The translations under genes were made by a program, and so were the position numbers. The notes below the pieces were generated by a model. It was not told where the DNA came from. It was given only the letters and a program-made list of their open reading frames with translations, and did not search any database. Below are positions 51,601 to 61,040 of a stretch of 61,040 nucleotides of DNA, one piece after another. Source of the DNA: Porphyromonadaceae bacterium UBA4259 (GTDB lineage Bacteria > Bacteroidota > Bacteroidia > Bacteroidales > Muribaculaceae); contig DGWL01000077.1 in NCBI GenBank assembly GCA_002396125.1, positions 1 to 61,040 of the forward strand, written 5' to 3'. How positions within the stretch are numbered: position 1 is the first letter of the stretch; the number at the start of each line of letters is the position of its first letter.

Positions 51601-51951
51601 TTAGCGGGTTTTGCGGCGCGACTTCACCAGTTGGTAAGACTTGCGCACTAGGGCGCGGAGCTCATCGTCGCCAACGTCGCCGTTGAGCTCCACGCTCATC
51701 CAGTAGCGCTTGTCGCCGTTGTAGGGCTCACCTATGGCCTGGTAACGCTCCTTGAGTTCGACCATTTCATTAGGGTCGCACTTGATGGTTACAGCCTTGA
51801 AATCGTCGATGTTGAAGTAGCAGAACATGTGTCCTTCCACATAGAAGACTAGGATTGTGAATTTACCCTTCGAGAATTTCTCAAAGGGAGTGCCTTCGCT
51901 CACTCCAGGCAGCGACAGGCAATAATCACGAAACTCTTCTATGTTCATCAT
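51601..51951 (-). CDS. MmcQ/YjbR family protein
   Basis: FRDYCLSLPG..PF, KCDP, YWMSV, SYQLV. Confidence 0.85.
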   Translation of the reverse strand: MMNIEEFRDYCLSLPGVSEGTPFEKFSKGKFTILVFYVEGHMFCYFNIDDFKAVTIKCDPNEMVELKERYQAIGEPYNGDKRYWMSVELNGDVGDDELRALVRKSYQLVKSRRKTR

Positions 51952-51999
51952 TGGGAGGACTCTGGGATTCGGGATAGGGCAGAGAAAAAACTGATTGCT

Positions 52000-52515
52000 T
52001 TAGAACTTGGCCACCAGGTCGGCAATTTTCTGCTTGGTGGCGTCGGTCTTTTGCTCCTCATTCATGGCGGTGACAATGCCGCAATCTTCCACTTTCCAGT
52101 AGTTGCAAATGTCGTGGTACTCGGCAGTGGCTCCTGTGTAGACGCCTGGTGAGTAGCTCGACATGAGCAGTGCCATCTTTTTCACTTTGGCGGGAGCGTT
52201 AACGCAGTACATGCGCTGGATTGGGGCCTGCAGTTGAGAGCACAGGGTAAAGTAGTAGATGGGAGCGGCGAGCACGAGAACCTCGGCCTCGGCCATGAGT
52301 GGGTAGAGTTCCTGCATGTCGTCCTTTTGGATGCAGGCTCCGTTGCCCTTGGTGTGACAATACTCGCAGGCGAGGCAACCGTCAATCTTCTTGCGGGCCA
52401 CATTCACCAGTGTTACGTTGTGACCTGCCGCCTCGGCAGCTTTCTTCATTTCCTCGGCCATCCAGGCGGTGCTGCCATTGGCGCGGGGAGAACCTTGTAG
52501 AATTAGAATGTTCAT
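52000..52515 (-). CDS. Flavodoxin-family iron-sulfur flavoprotein
   Basis: GSPRANGST, GCLACEYC..C..KDDM, PIYY. Confidence 0.88.
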   Translation of the reverse strand: MNILILQGSPRANGSTAWMAEEMKKAAEAAGHNVTLVNVARKKIDGCLACEYCHTKGNGACIQKDDMQELYPLMAEAEVLVLAAPIYYFTLCSQLQAPIQRMYCVNAPAKVKKMALLMSSYSPGVYTGATAEYHDICNYWKVEDCGIVTAMNEEQKTDATKQKIADLVAKF

Positions 52516-52682
52516 AGACTTTATTAGTTGATTTTGTGAAAAAAAGTGTGTTGTTAATTAGTTGAATGCCTAAAATCACTGCAAAAATAATGATTTTCCC
52601 CAAAATAATAAAAAACTCCCGGCAGATTTCCCTTTTGAGGTGAGAAAATTGCCGAGAGCGTGGTTGAGAGTATTGAGGAATC

Positions 52683-53051
52683 CTAATAAGTTGAAGCGAT
52701 GGCGCTGGTCAGGAGCCAATGGCCTTCACGCTTCTCTACTTGAAATGTGAGTTGCAGTGGCCACGTGTGTTTGCCACCGCCAAACACTGCCGCTTCCACT
52801 CGGCTTTGGCCCACCAGTGTGGCATGGTCGCCGCTAATGGTTACTGTGATAGCCTCGTGATGCGCCGAGTAATAGTTGAGAATGCCAGTGGCTATAGCTT
52901 TGATATATACATCTTTAGGCTGGCGTAAGCCGGTCATGTGAGTGAGAACAAACTCCGGCGCGTGCACCTCATTGAGCTCAGCGGTGTCTTTTGCTATCAT
53001 TGCATCATAGGTGCGACAATATAGCGCCTCAAGTTGTTGATTGTCATTCAT
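52683..53051 (-). CDS. NTF2-like (DUF4440) protein
   Basis: Start at MNDNQ; FVLTHMTG, LNYYS, VFGGG. The upstream part of the track ORF overlaps the pseudogene. Confidence 0.78.
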   Translation of the reverse strand: MNDNQQLEALYCRTYDAMIAKDTAELNEVHAPEFVLTHMTGLRQPKDVYIKAIATGILNYYSAHHEAITVTISGDHATLVGQSRVEAAVFGGGKHTWPLQLTFQVEKREGHWLLTSAIASTY

Positions 53052-53055
53052 TGTT

Positions 53056-53381
53056 TTATCTGATAAAATTTGTCGCGATGCGTTGTGGCTCGACCTGTGG
53101 CAAGCCGTTGCGGTTGCGCTCAGCATCAATGGCATGCACAAGGAAAGCAATGTTGCGGCCAAGCACACGCATCGTCTGTAGTCCTTCTTCATCTTTCAAA
53201 ACTTCGTCGGGGGTGTTGCCGTGCACAATGTTCCGATGCATCCCCTGATGGCCTTGTGACCCACGTGAATAACCTCAGCCTTTATGCCAGCCTGTTCCAG
53301 TTGCCTACCCACAATGCTCAGGGCAGTAAAAGTACAACCCCGAGCATGTGGACTGCCGTTAATGAGCAACGCGCGCATCAT
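53056..53381 (-). pseudogene. Flavodoxin-family gene with internal deletion and frameshift
   Basis: The N-terminus (LLINGSPH...IRGCIG) joins, out of frame near 53233, the family C-terminus (NIVHG...DEEGLQTMR.LGRN...TNFIR). Confidence 0.82.
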
Positions 53382-54223
53382 CCGTAGGTTTCAATGAGAT
53401 ATTTCACAAACTGCACATCAGCAAAGTTCACGGTGCCCGTGTCGTGCCGGTTGAGAGTTGTTATTTGGGCCATCTCGTCGGCAGTGAGCGAGAAGTCGAA
53501 GATGTTGAGATTTTGCTCCATGCGCTCGCGGTGAGTACTTTTTGGGATGGCAACTATGCCACGCTGGATGAGCCAGCGCAGGGCTACTTGAGCTGCGCTC
53601 TTGCCATAGCGTGAGCCAATGCCTGCAAGCAACTCACTTTTCACTACGCCGTCGGCACCCTGACCGCCGAGCGGTCCCCATGCCATCATGCGCGTGCCAA
53701 AGTCGGCCAGTAGAGGTTGGATGGCATTCTGCTGAATCATGGTGTTGCATTGCAACTGGTTAATCATGGGCTTGATGTCAACGTAATGGGCAAAGTCGAA
53801 GAAACGTGCCTGCTGGAAATTGCTCACGCCAATGGCGCGCACCTTGCCAGCATTATAAGCCTTCTCCATAGCGCGCCATGTACCAAACACGTCGCCGTAG
53901 GCCTGATGAATGAGCAGCAGGTCGATATAGTCGGTCCGCAGCTTGCGCAGGCTCTCGTCGATGCTTGCTGCAGCTTTTTCCTCGCCGGCATTTGAAATCC
54001 ACACTTTGGTCACAAGAAACAGGTCCTCGCGCTTGATGCCGCTCTTGGCGATGGCCGAGCCCACACCATCTTCGTTGTAATAGGCTTGAGCTGTATCAAT
54101 CAGGCGATAGCCCACGCTCAAGGCATCGCTAACGCAACGTTCACACTCTGACGGGTCTACTTGAAACACACCGTAGCCCATCAGTGGCATTTCAATGCCG
54201 TTAGATAGTTTTATATATTCCAT
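53378..54223 (-). CDS. Aldo/keto reductase
   Basis: GYGVFQ, IDTAQAY, VTKVW, DLLLIH, AIGVSNF, IPKS. Confidence 0.94.
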   Translation of the reverse strand: MEYIKLSNGIEMPLMGYGVFQVDPSECERCVSDALSVGYRLIDTAQAYYNEDGVGSAIAKSGIKREDLFLVTKVWISNAGEEKAAASIDESLRKLRTDYIDLLLIHQAYGDVFGTWRAMEKAYNAGKVRAIGVSNFQQARFFDFAHYVDIKPMINQLQCNTMIQQNAIQPLLADFGTRMMAWGPLGGQGADGVVKSELLAGIGSRYGKSAAQVALRWLIQRGIVAIPKSTHRERMEQNLNIFDFSLTADEMAQITTLNRHDTGTVNFADVQFVKYLIETYG

Positions 54224-54275
54224 AATTGTTTTAAAAAAATTAATGTGTTGATTTCAAGTATTGCAAGTCGCCATA

Positions 54276-55076
54276 CTAGTAGCTGGCGGTGCAACCGCCA
54301 TCAATGAGGAAGTCGCTGCCGGTGATAAATCGTCCACGGCTCGACATGAGGAACTCAGCAAGGTCGCCCACTTCGTCGGGCGTTCCGGCACGGCGAGCCG
54401 GCATTCCCTCAATCATCTTAAGATAACCCTCCTTGCGCGGCCCGTGTAGTTCGTCGTTGGCCAATGGGGTGATGATGATGCCGGGCGAAATAGAGTTGAT
54501 AGTGGCACCACGTTTTCCCCATCGGGTGGCCTCATACATCACTCTCAAGACATTGCAACGCTTGCTATACTGGTAAGCTTTCAATGTGTCGTCGATAGCC
54601 TTCAGGAACGGCAACTCCAAAAGTTTATCTACAGGAGTCGTAGCCAGTGCCTCGTTCTGCTCCTGCGGCAAGGCTGGCAGACGATGGCCGCTCTGCGAGG
54701 AGATAATCACGCCTGAGCCACCCTCGGCAATCACCTTGCCGAACTCTTCCAACAATACACTTGTACCATAGAGATCCACACGAAGGATTTCCTCTACGGG
54801 GGCCTGAGAGGGCGATACCCCTGCGGCATTCACCACATTCGTCACTTCGCCCTTGCTCGTAGCGTACTCCACCAACTTCAGTATGTCTTCCTTTGAACCA
54901 AGGTCGCACTCTATGGTCGAGCACTCAAAGCCGGCATTCTCGAGAGTCTCGGCCGCACGCATTGCCTTTTCCCTGCTGTAGTCGGCAACAACCAGATGCT
55001 TTCCTGCCGACACGCGGCGTGCTATTGCCATGCCTATGCTGCCGGCACCCACCAGCACTACTACTTGCTTGTTCAT
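54276..55076 (-). CDS. SDR-family oxidoreductase (may extend through TAG to 54240)
   Basis: GAGSIG, NAAG, YQYSK, ISPG, ITGSDFLIDGG. Confidence 0.9.
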   Translation of the reverse strand: MNKQVVVLVGAGSIGMAIARRVSAGKHLVVADYSREKAMRAAETLENAGFECSTIECDLGSKEDILKLVEYATSKGEVTNVVNAAGVSPSQAPVEEILRVDLYGTSVLLEEFGKVIAEGGSGVIISSQSGHRLPALPQEQNEALATTPVDKLLELPFLKAIDDTLKAYQYSKRCNVLRVMYEATRWGKRGATINSISPGIIITPLANDELHGPRKEGYLKMIEGMPARRAGTPDEVGDLAEFLMSSRGRFITGSDFLIDGGCTASY

Positions 55077-55588
55077 AGCATTGAAATAATGCGTTGCACT
55101 TCGGCATCGGCATGAGCGGCCTCGGCTCCGTGAATGGAGATGCCGTCCTCTACGGTTGCACCGGGGCAGAGCTTCTTGATGAAACGTACCGACGAACCCA
55201 TGCCCGAGCCTTCGTTGGTGCAGAAGGGGATGATGGTTTTGCCCGTGAAGTCATACGACTCCAGAAACGTATAGACCACCATGGGCATCGTGCCCCACCA
55301 GTTGGGATAGCCCAGAATGACGGTGTCATACTCATCGATGCTCTCCAGCGGTTCCTTCACCTCCGGGCGTGCTTGGTCGTGCAGCTCCTGCTTGGCCTCC
55401 TCGATGCAGGTCATGTAGGAATCGCTGTAGCGGCGCACAGTGTCGATGTGAAACACGTCGGCGTCGGGGACGAGAGCCTTGATTTTCTCCACAATCACCT
55501 CGGTGTTCCCTTTTGGCAGATTCATTATGCTGCCGTTCACATAGTTCTCGCCGCGGCGAGAGTAGTAAGCTATTAAAGTCTTTGCCAT
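55073..55588 (-). CDS. Flavodoxin
   Basis: YYSR..GNT, GYPNWWGT, PFCTNEGSG. Confidence 0.9.
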   Translation of the reverse strand: MAKTLIAYYSRRGENYVNGSIMNLPKGNTEVIVEKIKALVPDADVFHIDTVRRYSDSYMTCIEEAKQELHDQARPEVKEPLESIDEYDTVILGYPNWWGTMPMVVYTFLESYDFTGKTIIPFCTNEGSGMGSSVRFIKKLCPGATVEDGISIHGAEAAHADAEVQRIISML

Positions 55589-55617
55589 TTGTCTGTTCTA
55601 GGTTAGTTGGTTTATTG

Positions 55618-56049
55618 TTAGATTTGTGGCTGGGTGGTCCACTCAAAGTGCTGCTCACGCTCGGCAATCCACCAGCGACCATCAATTTTCTCATATTTGT
55701 CGTAGTAGCGCACTGCATGCACGGTGAGCACGTCCTTGCCTTCCTGCTCGGTTACGAGGGTGGCAAGCGCGTAGCAGGTGCCGGTGGCGTGAGTCTCGTC
55801 GACAAAGTCAACGCTTTGCTGGCCATTCATGTGGAATGAAACCTTGGCGGCACCAAATGCCTTGTACTGGCTAATCATGCTTTGCACGTCGCGAGCCTGC
55901 ATGCCAAGCTTGTCGCCAAAATACACATCAAGCTTGATGTCGGGGCGGAAAATCTCAACATAGCAGTCTTGATTATTCTTATCACTCTCGGTTGCATAGA
56001 AGTCTACTAAAGCCTTCAGCTCCATGCGGTCTTGCATTCTGAAATCCAT
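55618..56049 (-). CDS. SnoaL/NTF2-like protein
   Basis: LKALVD.YA, HMNGQ, RYYDKYEKIDGRWWIAER. Confidence 0.85.
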   Translation of the reverse strand: MDFRMQDRMELKALVDFYATESDKNNQDCYVEIFRPDIKLDVYFGDKLGMQARDVQSMISQYKAFGAAKVSFHMNGQQSVDFVDETHATGTCYALATLVTEQEGKDVLTVHAVRYYDKYEKIDGRWWIAEREQHFEWTTQPQI

Positions 56050-56089
56050 GATGTTGATTTTTCTTTTTATGAGTTATATTATTTTTTTA

Positions 56090-56704
56090 TTAATAGCCCA
56101 AGCTCTTGAGCCACTGCTGCACCTGAGCTTTGCCATCGCGCACGTCGTGACCATAGATTGAGAAAGCCTCTTTGAAAGTGGCGTTGGGGTAAAGTGCCTT
56201 CACGTCTTCCACACAGCTGCCAAGGCCGCTGCCCTCGTGGGTGGTGAAAGGAATAATGGTCTTGCCGTTGAGGTCGTTGTTCTTGAAAAAAGTGAACATC
56301 ACTTGAGGATAAGTGCCCCACCACACGGGACCGCCCACAAAGATTGTTTCATATTTTGAGATGTCAACATTGCCCTCGTAGGGAGGTAACTCGCCTTTAG
56401 TTTTTTCATCGCGAGCAAGATCACACAGTGGTTTGTAGGCCATGCCGTCATACTTGTGGGTTACAATCTCAAACTGATGGGCACCTGTAATCTCACTAAT
56501 GTAATCGGCCACAATCTTTGTGTTTCCCACTTTTATGTTTTCCACAGCGTAGTTGTCGCCGGCATGAGAAAAATATACCACCAGCGCTTTGCCTGCTACC
56601 TGTTTTTTCTCGTTGTCGCTGCTTGTGGCGCTATTCTTTGCGCTGCAAGCTGTAGTGCCCACCATTGTGAGCATCAATAGCATTGTGAAAATTTTCTTTA
56701 TCAT
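56090..56704 (-). CDS. Flavodoxin lipoprotein
   Basis: Lipobox TTAC; YFSH..GNT, GGPVWWGT, PFTTHEGSG. Confidence 0.88.
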   Translation of the reverse strand: MIKKIFTMLLMLTMVGTTACSAKNSATSSDNEKKQVAGKALVVYFSHAGDNYAVENIKVGNTKIVADYISEITGAHQFEIVTHKYDGMAYKPLCDLARDEKTKGELPPYEGNVDISKYETIFVGGPVWWGTYPQVMFTFFKNNDLNGKTIIPFTTHEGSGLGSCVEDVKALYPNATFKEAFSIYGHDVRDGKAQVQQWLKSLGY

Positions 56705-56896
56705 AATCTTTCTTGGGGTGTTAATTGTTTTTAAATTGACACTGCAAAATTACTGCCTGAACTTTTTATTGATGTTACACATTTTGCGGTGCAAATTACC
56801 AAAAACAGAAAAAATGAGATTTCTAAAAAAAAACCGTCCCCATTTATTGCAATGGGAATGGTTTTATGGTTTTTGCGTGGAGCAATTTCGGGTGGG

Positions 56897-57700
56897 TTAC
56901 ATTCTAAAGTCGGTGGGATTGGCGCCCAGGTTGTTTTGCACGTAGCGAGTGAAGTGCGACATCGACGAGAACCCAAACATGTCGCTCACATCGGTCAGGG
57001 AGAGTGAGCGGTCGCGCAACTGGCGACTGATGTCGAGCGAGGTGTAGCGGGTTATCCAGTAGTTGGCTGGCATACCACTCACTTTTTTCGACACCTCGCT
57101 CAGGTATTTGGGAGTGACGCACAAAATGTCGGCATAGTAGCCAATCTCACGGTTTTTACGGTAATCACCACGCTCAAGCAGGTCGATGAACTCGCTCATG
57201 AGTTGGTGATACTGAGAGCTGATTTTGTCCACGCCATAGAGCTTGGCGTGGAAGTCAAAGAAATCGATAATCATGCACTCCACGGCATTCATGAGAGCAT
57301 CGTGGCGGAAGCGGTGGTCAACCTGGGTGAGGCGGCGCTTCACGTTGTTGAAATTCATGCGGCACACCTCTTGCTGCTCGGGTTCCAGTCGCATGATGGG
57401 ATTCTCGAATAGGGCCAGGTGGCCGCGCATGCCATAGTTGCTTTGTGGGGTGGATTGCTCAATGAACTCCTGGGTCACATAAATTACGTCGACTTTAAAA
57501 TCATTGCTGGCTTTCAAGTTCTACACCAAGTCGCCCCGGCGCGAAATTATCATGCAGTCGCCTGCCTGGAAGCGAAACTCTTTATCATTACGCTGAAAGG
57601 TGCAATAGCCCCGGTAGCAGTAGGCATGGCACAGGTAACCGGCACGCTCGTCATTGCCAATGCGCTGCAATGAGTCGTCAATAATTATGTGTTGCATCAT
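56897..57700 (-). pseudogene. AraC-family regulator with an in-frame TAG at codon 60
   Basis: Hand translation from ATG 57700: MMQHIII...CHAYC...GDLV*NLKASN, with TAG at 57521-57523 in frame with the track ORF. C-terminal YYAD.LCVTPKYLS and FGFSSMSHFTRY HTH motifs. Confidence 0.82.
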
Positions 57701-57726
57701 GATGAATTTAATGTTAGGGTAGTTTT

Positions 57727-58275
57727 TCAGTCTTGTTTTTCGGCACCGGGCATCTGTGACCAGAAAGAGCGGAGCTCGGTAATGATGTTGTCGTAATCCT
57801 GCATGGTGAAAGTGCCGTTGCCCATCATCATTATGGTGTAATCAATGCCATCAAATGACCGCCCCACGCCTGTGTCGCGAAAACCGTTGCGCAGATAGAA
57901 CCTGTGGCGGCGCCGGCGTTGCTCCCGGTTGTCGCAGTCTTGCTGCAGTGGACTCTCCATGTCAAGGATGTTGCAGCTATCTTTATATCGTTCTATTAAT
58001 CTTGATAGAATTTGTTGCCCCACACCCTTGCCACGCAACGGCACCGGCACAGCAAAGTACCAGAACCAGTTGAACGAGCGGCGGGGATAGACGATGGTGA
58101 AGCCCATTAGCTTGCTGCCTTCGCCTTCATAGTAAGCAGTGAAGTCGAGCGGCATTTTTTCCACCAGTTGCATCAGGTCGCCCCACGGAATTTGTTCCTC
58201 ACGTGGAAACGCCGTCTCATAGAGTTGCTTCAACTCGGTTGTGGCATTGGCTGCCGTGATTTTTACTTCGGTCAT
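57727..58275 (-). CDS. GNAT-family N-acetyltransferase
   Basis: YFAV...RGKGVG, RFYLRNGF. Confidence 0.88.
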   Translation of the reverse strand: MTEVKITAANATTELKQLYETAFPREEQIPWGDLMQLVEKMPLDFTAYYEGEGSKLMGFTIVYPRRSFNWFWYFAVPVPLRGKGVGQQILSRLIERYKDSCNILDMESPLQQDCDNREQRRRRHRFYLRNGFRDTGVGRSFDGIDYTIMMMGNGTFTMQDYDNIITELRSFWSQMPGAEKQD

Positions 58276-58988
58276 TATAGCATTTTTTTAGTGAATTCTA
58301 TAATTGCGCTGGTTTCGGAGCCAATATTCAGGGCAACGATGATTGCATTGTCCATGTTGTAAAGGTGGGGTGTGAGCTCGTCGCCAAGCTTGGCGGGAAC
58401 TCGGTATTCCATGCGCATGCCTTTAATCACGAAATCCTGGGGCAATAGCTCCATAGCGATGCGGGCATAGCAGGCATTGTTCATGTGCTTGTTGTAGTCG
58501 ATGTCGGCGCGCATCACAGGTACCGGTGGTAGCACAGCAGGTTGCTCATGTGGCAAGATGATGCGACGGTCGCGGTAATTCATTTCTTGCTGAGGGTCGA
58601 TAGCAATGGTTGCTATGATGTCGTCGGCTATGCGCTTTAGTTTGCCGGTCGAGAGGTCAACAAAGGCTCCCATGCTCCATGTCTTGAGACAAGGTTCTCC
58701 TTGAGCGTCGCGAATGAAGGTGTTGCGGAAACCGAACATGGGTTTCACGCCGTAGACCGAGGTGGTGACTGTCAAGTCTTCCTTGAAGTTGGGGATTCTC
58801 ACGATCTCCACTTGGCGCGTGGCGAGCAGCTGGGTCATGTTTTGCTCGTGAAAATACTGTTTAACCGCAGGTTCGCTCTCAATCCACATCTCAGAGCAGT
58901 CTTGCATCATCTGCAAAGCTGAGAAAATTTTGAGCTTGCCGGCGCTGTCGCAGGTGCTTGTTGTAACTTTGTAGTTTAAGCTATACAT
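58275..58988 (-). CDS. Acyl-ACP thioesterase (double hotdog)
   Basis: MMQDCS, DIDYNKHMNNACY. Confidence 0.85.
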   Translation of the reverse strand: MYSLNYKVTTSTCDSAGKLKIFSALQMMQDCSEMWIESEPAVKQYFHEQNMTQLLATRQVEIVRIPNFKEDLTVTTSVYGVKPMFGFRNTFIRDAQGEPCLKTWSMGAFVDLSTGKLKRIADDIIATIAIDPQQEMNYRDRRIILPHEQPAVLPPVPVMRADIDYNKHMNNACYARIAMELLPQDFVIKGMRMEYRVPAKLGDELTPHLYNMDNAIIVALNIGSETSAIIEFTKKML

Positions 58989-58993
58989 TTATT

Positions 58994-59419
58994 TTATTGT
59001 TTGGCTTTCTCAGGTTTCCACACATGTAGACCTTGGGCCGAAGCCACGGCTGAAGTTAGTTCAAGCAGGTCTTCATTGGCACCATAGAGTGTCATGTAGT
59101 GGTCGTCGCCGGTGATTGAAATCATTGCTTGGTCGCTGTCTATCACTATGTTTATAGATTTCCGTTCAAGCACTAGTCGCTCGATTGTGCCAGGCTCGGG
59201 ATTCTTTATCCACTCGTCTTCATCTTGAATGGTTATATCGTGGTAACAGTTGAGAGCAAGCAATACACCGGCAAACTTGTGATAAATCTCATCAATCCGC
59301 GGTGGGGTGAGCAGGTGTTTTTCTATCGCGAAGTATTGCCCGGCACTGCCTGCCGGCACCTGCTTGGGTAAGATGTCGATAATCCAGTAGGGCTTGGTGA
59401 GAAAGGTCTCTATCGTCAC
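58994..59419 (-). CDS. Hypothetical protein
   Basis: 141-aa ORF tightly packed in the operon; start codon uncertain. Confidence 0.65.
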   Translation of the reverse strand: MTIETFLTKPYWIIDILPKQVPAGSAGQYFAIEKHLLTPPRIDEIYHKFAGVLLALNCYHDITIQDEDEWIKNPEPGTIERLVLERKSINIVIDSDQAMISITGDDHYMTLYGANEDLLELTSAVASAQGLHVWKPEKAKQ

Positions 59420-59904
59420 TGTGCATTAACGGCTTTGGGTGTCCAGTTCTTGAAAAAACGCATCACCTTGTCCTTGTTGTAGCTCTTGCCTTCCTCAAGA
59501 AAGCTGGAATCCTGAATGTGAATCACCTTGCCAGCCTGATTTAGCACAACAAACACCGGGTAGCCAAAACGGCCAGGGTTGCCCAAGCGACTGAGCATGG
59601 CCTTGTCGCGGTTGGGATCGGCCGACTTGCGAGGGTTATAGCTCACATGGATGTAGACGAAATTGTCGTTCACTAGCTTAGCAATTTCCTCGTCGGTAGT
59701 GATGAAGTTGGCAAACTTCAAGCACCACGGACACCAGTTCCCGCCCACTTGGCAGATAACAAACTTCCCATTCTCGTTGGCTTGAACAAGAGCCTTGTCA
59801 ATTTGCTCTATGGGGTCGATGTCGTCATTATACACCTTGGGCAACTGGGCATTAGCTCCAAGAGCCAAGATTGCTAAAATAGCGATAATTAAAAATCGTT
59901 TCAT
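59416..59904 (-). CDS. Exported thioredoxin-family protein
   Basis: Signal peptide; GGNWCPWC; GYPVF. Confidence 0.9.
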   Translation of the reverse strand: MKRFLIIAILAILALGANAQLPKVYNDDIDPIEQIDKALVQANENGKFVICQVGGNWCPWCLKFANFITTDEEIAKLVNDNFVYIHVSYNPRKSADPNRDKAMLSRLGNPGRFGYPVFVVLNQAGKVIHIQDSSFLEEGKSYNKDKVMRFFKNWTPKAVNAQ

Positions 59905-59929
59905 TATTATTTTGTTTTTTTTGATAAAA

Positions 59930-60112
59930 TCAATACTTGGTGAAGTTGTACTTCTCGCGCAGAGCTGCTTTCTCCTCGGGGGTGCGGCTGGTGAAATAGC
60001 CTTTCCAACCGGGGCAAAAGTTGATGTGCCAGCGCCAGAAGCGGCCTAGCATTGAGTTGGGCTTCTTGTCGTAGTGAGCTCTGAATTTGCAATTTTCGCA
60101 ATTGTGTGCCAT
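59930..60112 (-). CDS. Small Cys/His-rich hypothetical protein
   Basis: 60 aa, CENC...WRWHINFCPGW; first gene after a TAACTTTG element near 60154-60161. Confidence 0.7.
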   Translation of the reverse strand: MAHNCENCKFRAHYDKKPNSMLGRFWRWHINFCPGWKGYFTSRTPEEKAALREKYNFTKY

Positions 60113-60233
60113 AATTGTAGTAGATGCTAGAGTTATAAAAATAATTTATGCGACAAAGTTAAGAATTTCTATTAACATTTAGCCGCATTACTGAACGTTT
60201 TTGTAATTTTGCGCAGCAAAAGAGTCACGAACT

Positions 60234-61034
60234 ATGGCAATAATTAATATAACATCGCTTGGACAGAGTGGGGTGGAGGTGTTTGGCACACTCACCGAGG
60301 CGCAGCTTCGCAACCGTCTCGAACCCGAAAAAGGTATTTTCATTGCCGAGAGTCCTAAGGTTATCAACGTGGCGCTCAACGCAGGCTATGAGCCGTTGTC
60401 GCTGCTGTGTGAGCAACGGCACATCGATGGCGACGCGGCAGGCATCATCGAGCGCTGTGGCGACATTCCCGTCTACACCGGCGAGAGGGAACTATTGGCG
60501 CAACTCACTGGCTATGTCCTGACCCGCGGTGTGTTGTGTGCCATGCGACGGCCGACTTTGCCCAGTGTGGAGCAGGTGTGTGATGGTGCCCAGCGAGTAG
60601 TGGTTATAGACGGTGTTACCGACACCACCAACATTGGCGCTATTTTCCGTTCGGCAGCTGCTCTCGGCATTGATGCTGTGTTGCTCACGCCCACCAGTTG
60701 CGACCCGTTGAACCGCCGAGCCGTGAGAGTGTCGATGGGATCGGTGTTCCTGGTGCCGTGGACTTGGCTCAACACACCGGTGACGAGCTTGAACGCGCTT
60801 GGTTTCAAAACTGCGGCCATGGCGCTGAGCGATAACTCCATCAGCCTTGACGATGCTCGGCTGGCTGCTGAGCCCAGGCTGGCTATTGTGATGGGAACCG
60901 AGGGCGACGGCCTGCCTCAAGAGACCATTGCCAGCACCGACTATGTTGTGCGCATTCCCATGAGCCATAGTGTTGATTCTCTCAATGTCGCAGCAGCATC
61001 GGCAGTGGCCTTTTGGGAGCTTCGTGCCAAGTGA
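60234..61034 (+). CDS. TrmH/SpoU-family RNA methyltransferase
   Basis: NIGAIFRSAAALG, VMGTEGDGL, IPM...SLNVAAA. Confidence 0.93.
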   Translation: MAIINITSLGQSGVEVFGTLTEAQLRNRLEPEKGIFIAESPKVINVALNAGYEPLSLLCEQRHIDGDAAGIIERCGDIPVYTGERELLAQLTGYVLTRGVLCAMRRPTLPSVEQVCDGAQRVVVIDGVTDTTNIGAIFRSAAALGIDAVLLTPTSCDPLNRRAVRVSMGSVFLVPWTWLNTPVTSLNALGFKTAAMALSDNSISLDDARLAAEPRLAIVMGTEGDGLPQETIASTDYVVRIPMSHSVDSLNVAAASAVAFWELRAK

Positions 61035-61040
61035 AAAACA

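Noticed and set aside
56775-56799. TTAC direct repeats 21 bp apart upstream of the flavodoxin operon as an AraC site
   Set aside because: Plausible spacing, but a 4-bp match is too weak to call.

Overview
A 61-kb stretch of a Bacteroidales chromosome. TAnnTTTG/TTTG promoters, T9SS-type C-terminal tails and dockerin-bearing secreted proteins suggest a gut or rumen Muribaculaceae-like lineage; that placement is inference. Core genes include mltG, xseAB, miaB, an ABC-F ATPase, sdhCAB/frdCAB, aroB, ligA, mnmE, a TrmH-family methylase and tRNA-Ser(GCT). Five observations stand out. (1) An orphan phage large-terminase gene with no other phage genes, interrupted by one in-frame TAG. It lies between a tRNA-Ser with a highly structured, att-like repeated trailer and a promoter/terminator-bounded sRNA candidate followed by nested inverted repeats. 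(2) Three separate genes each carry an in-frame TAG after which the frame continues (TerL, SDR, AraC), although TAG is a normal stop in core genes here. (3) Three unrelated secreted proteins share a near-identical dockerin motif, including a dockerin fused to SusE/F-type starch-binding modules. (4) Beta-clamp-type QxSLF motifs occur at the LigA N-terminus and at the C-terminus of a 97-aa unknown protein that also has a palindrome over its promoter and a Shine-Dalgarno site. (5) Two near-consensus sigma-54 promoters precede a vWA-linked winged-helix protein and a nuclease paralog. A partly decayed AraC/flavodoxin/oxidoreductase cluster lies beyond mnmE. All calls come from reading motifs by eye; no searches were run.
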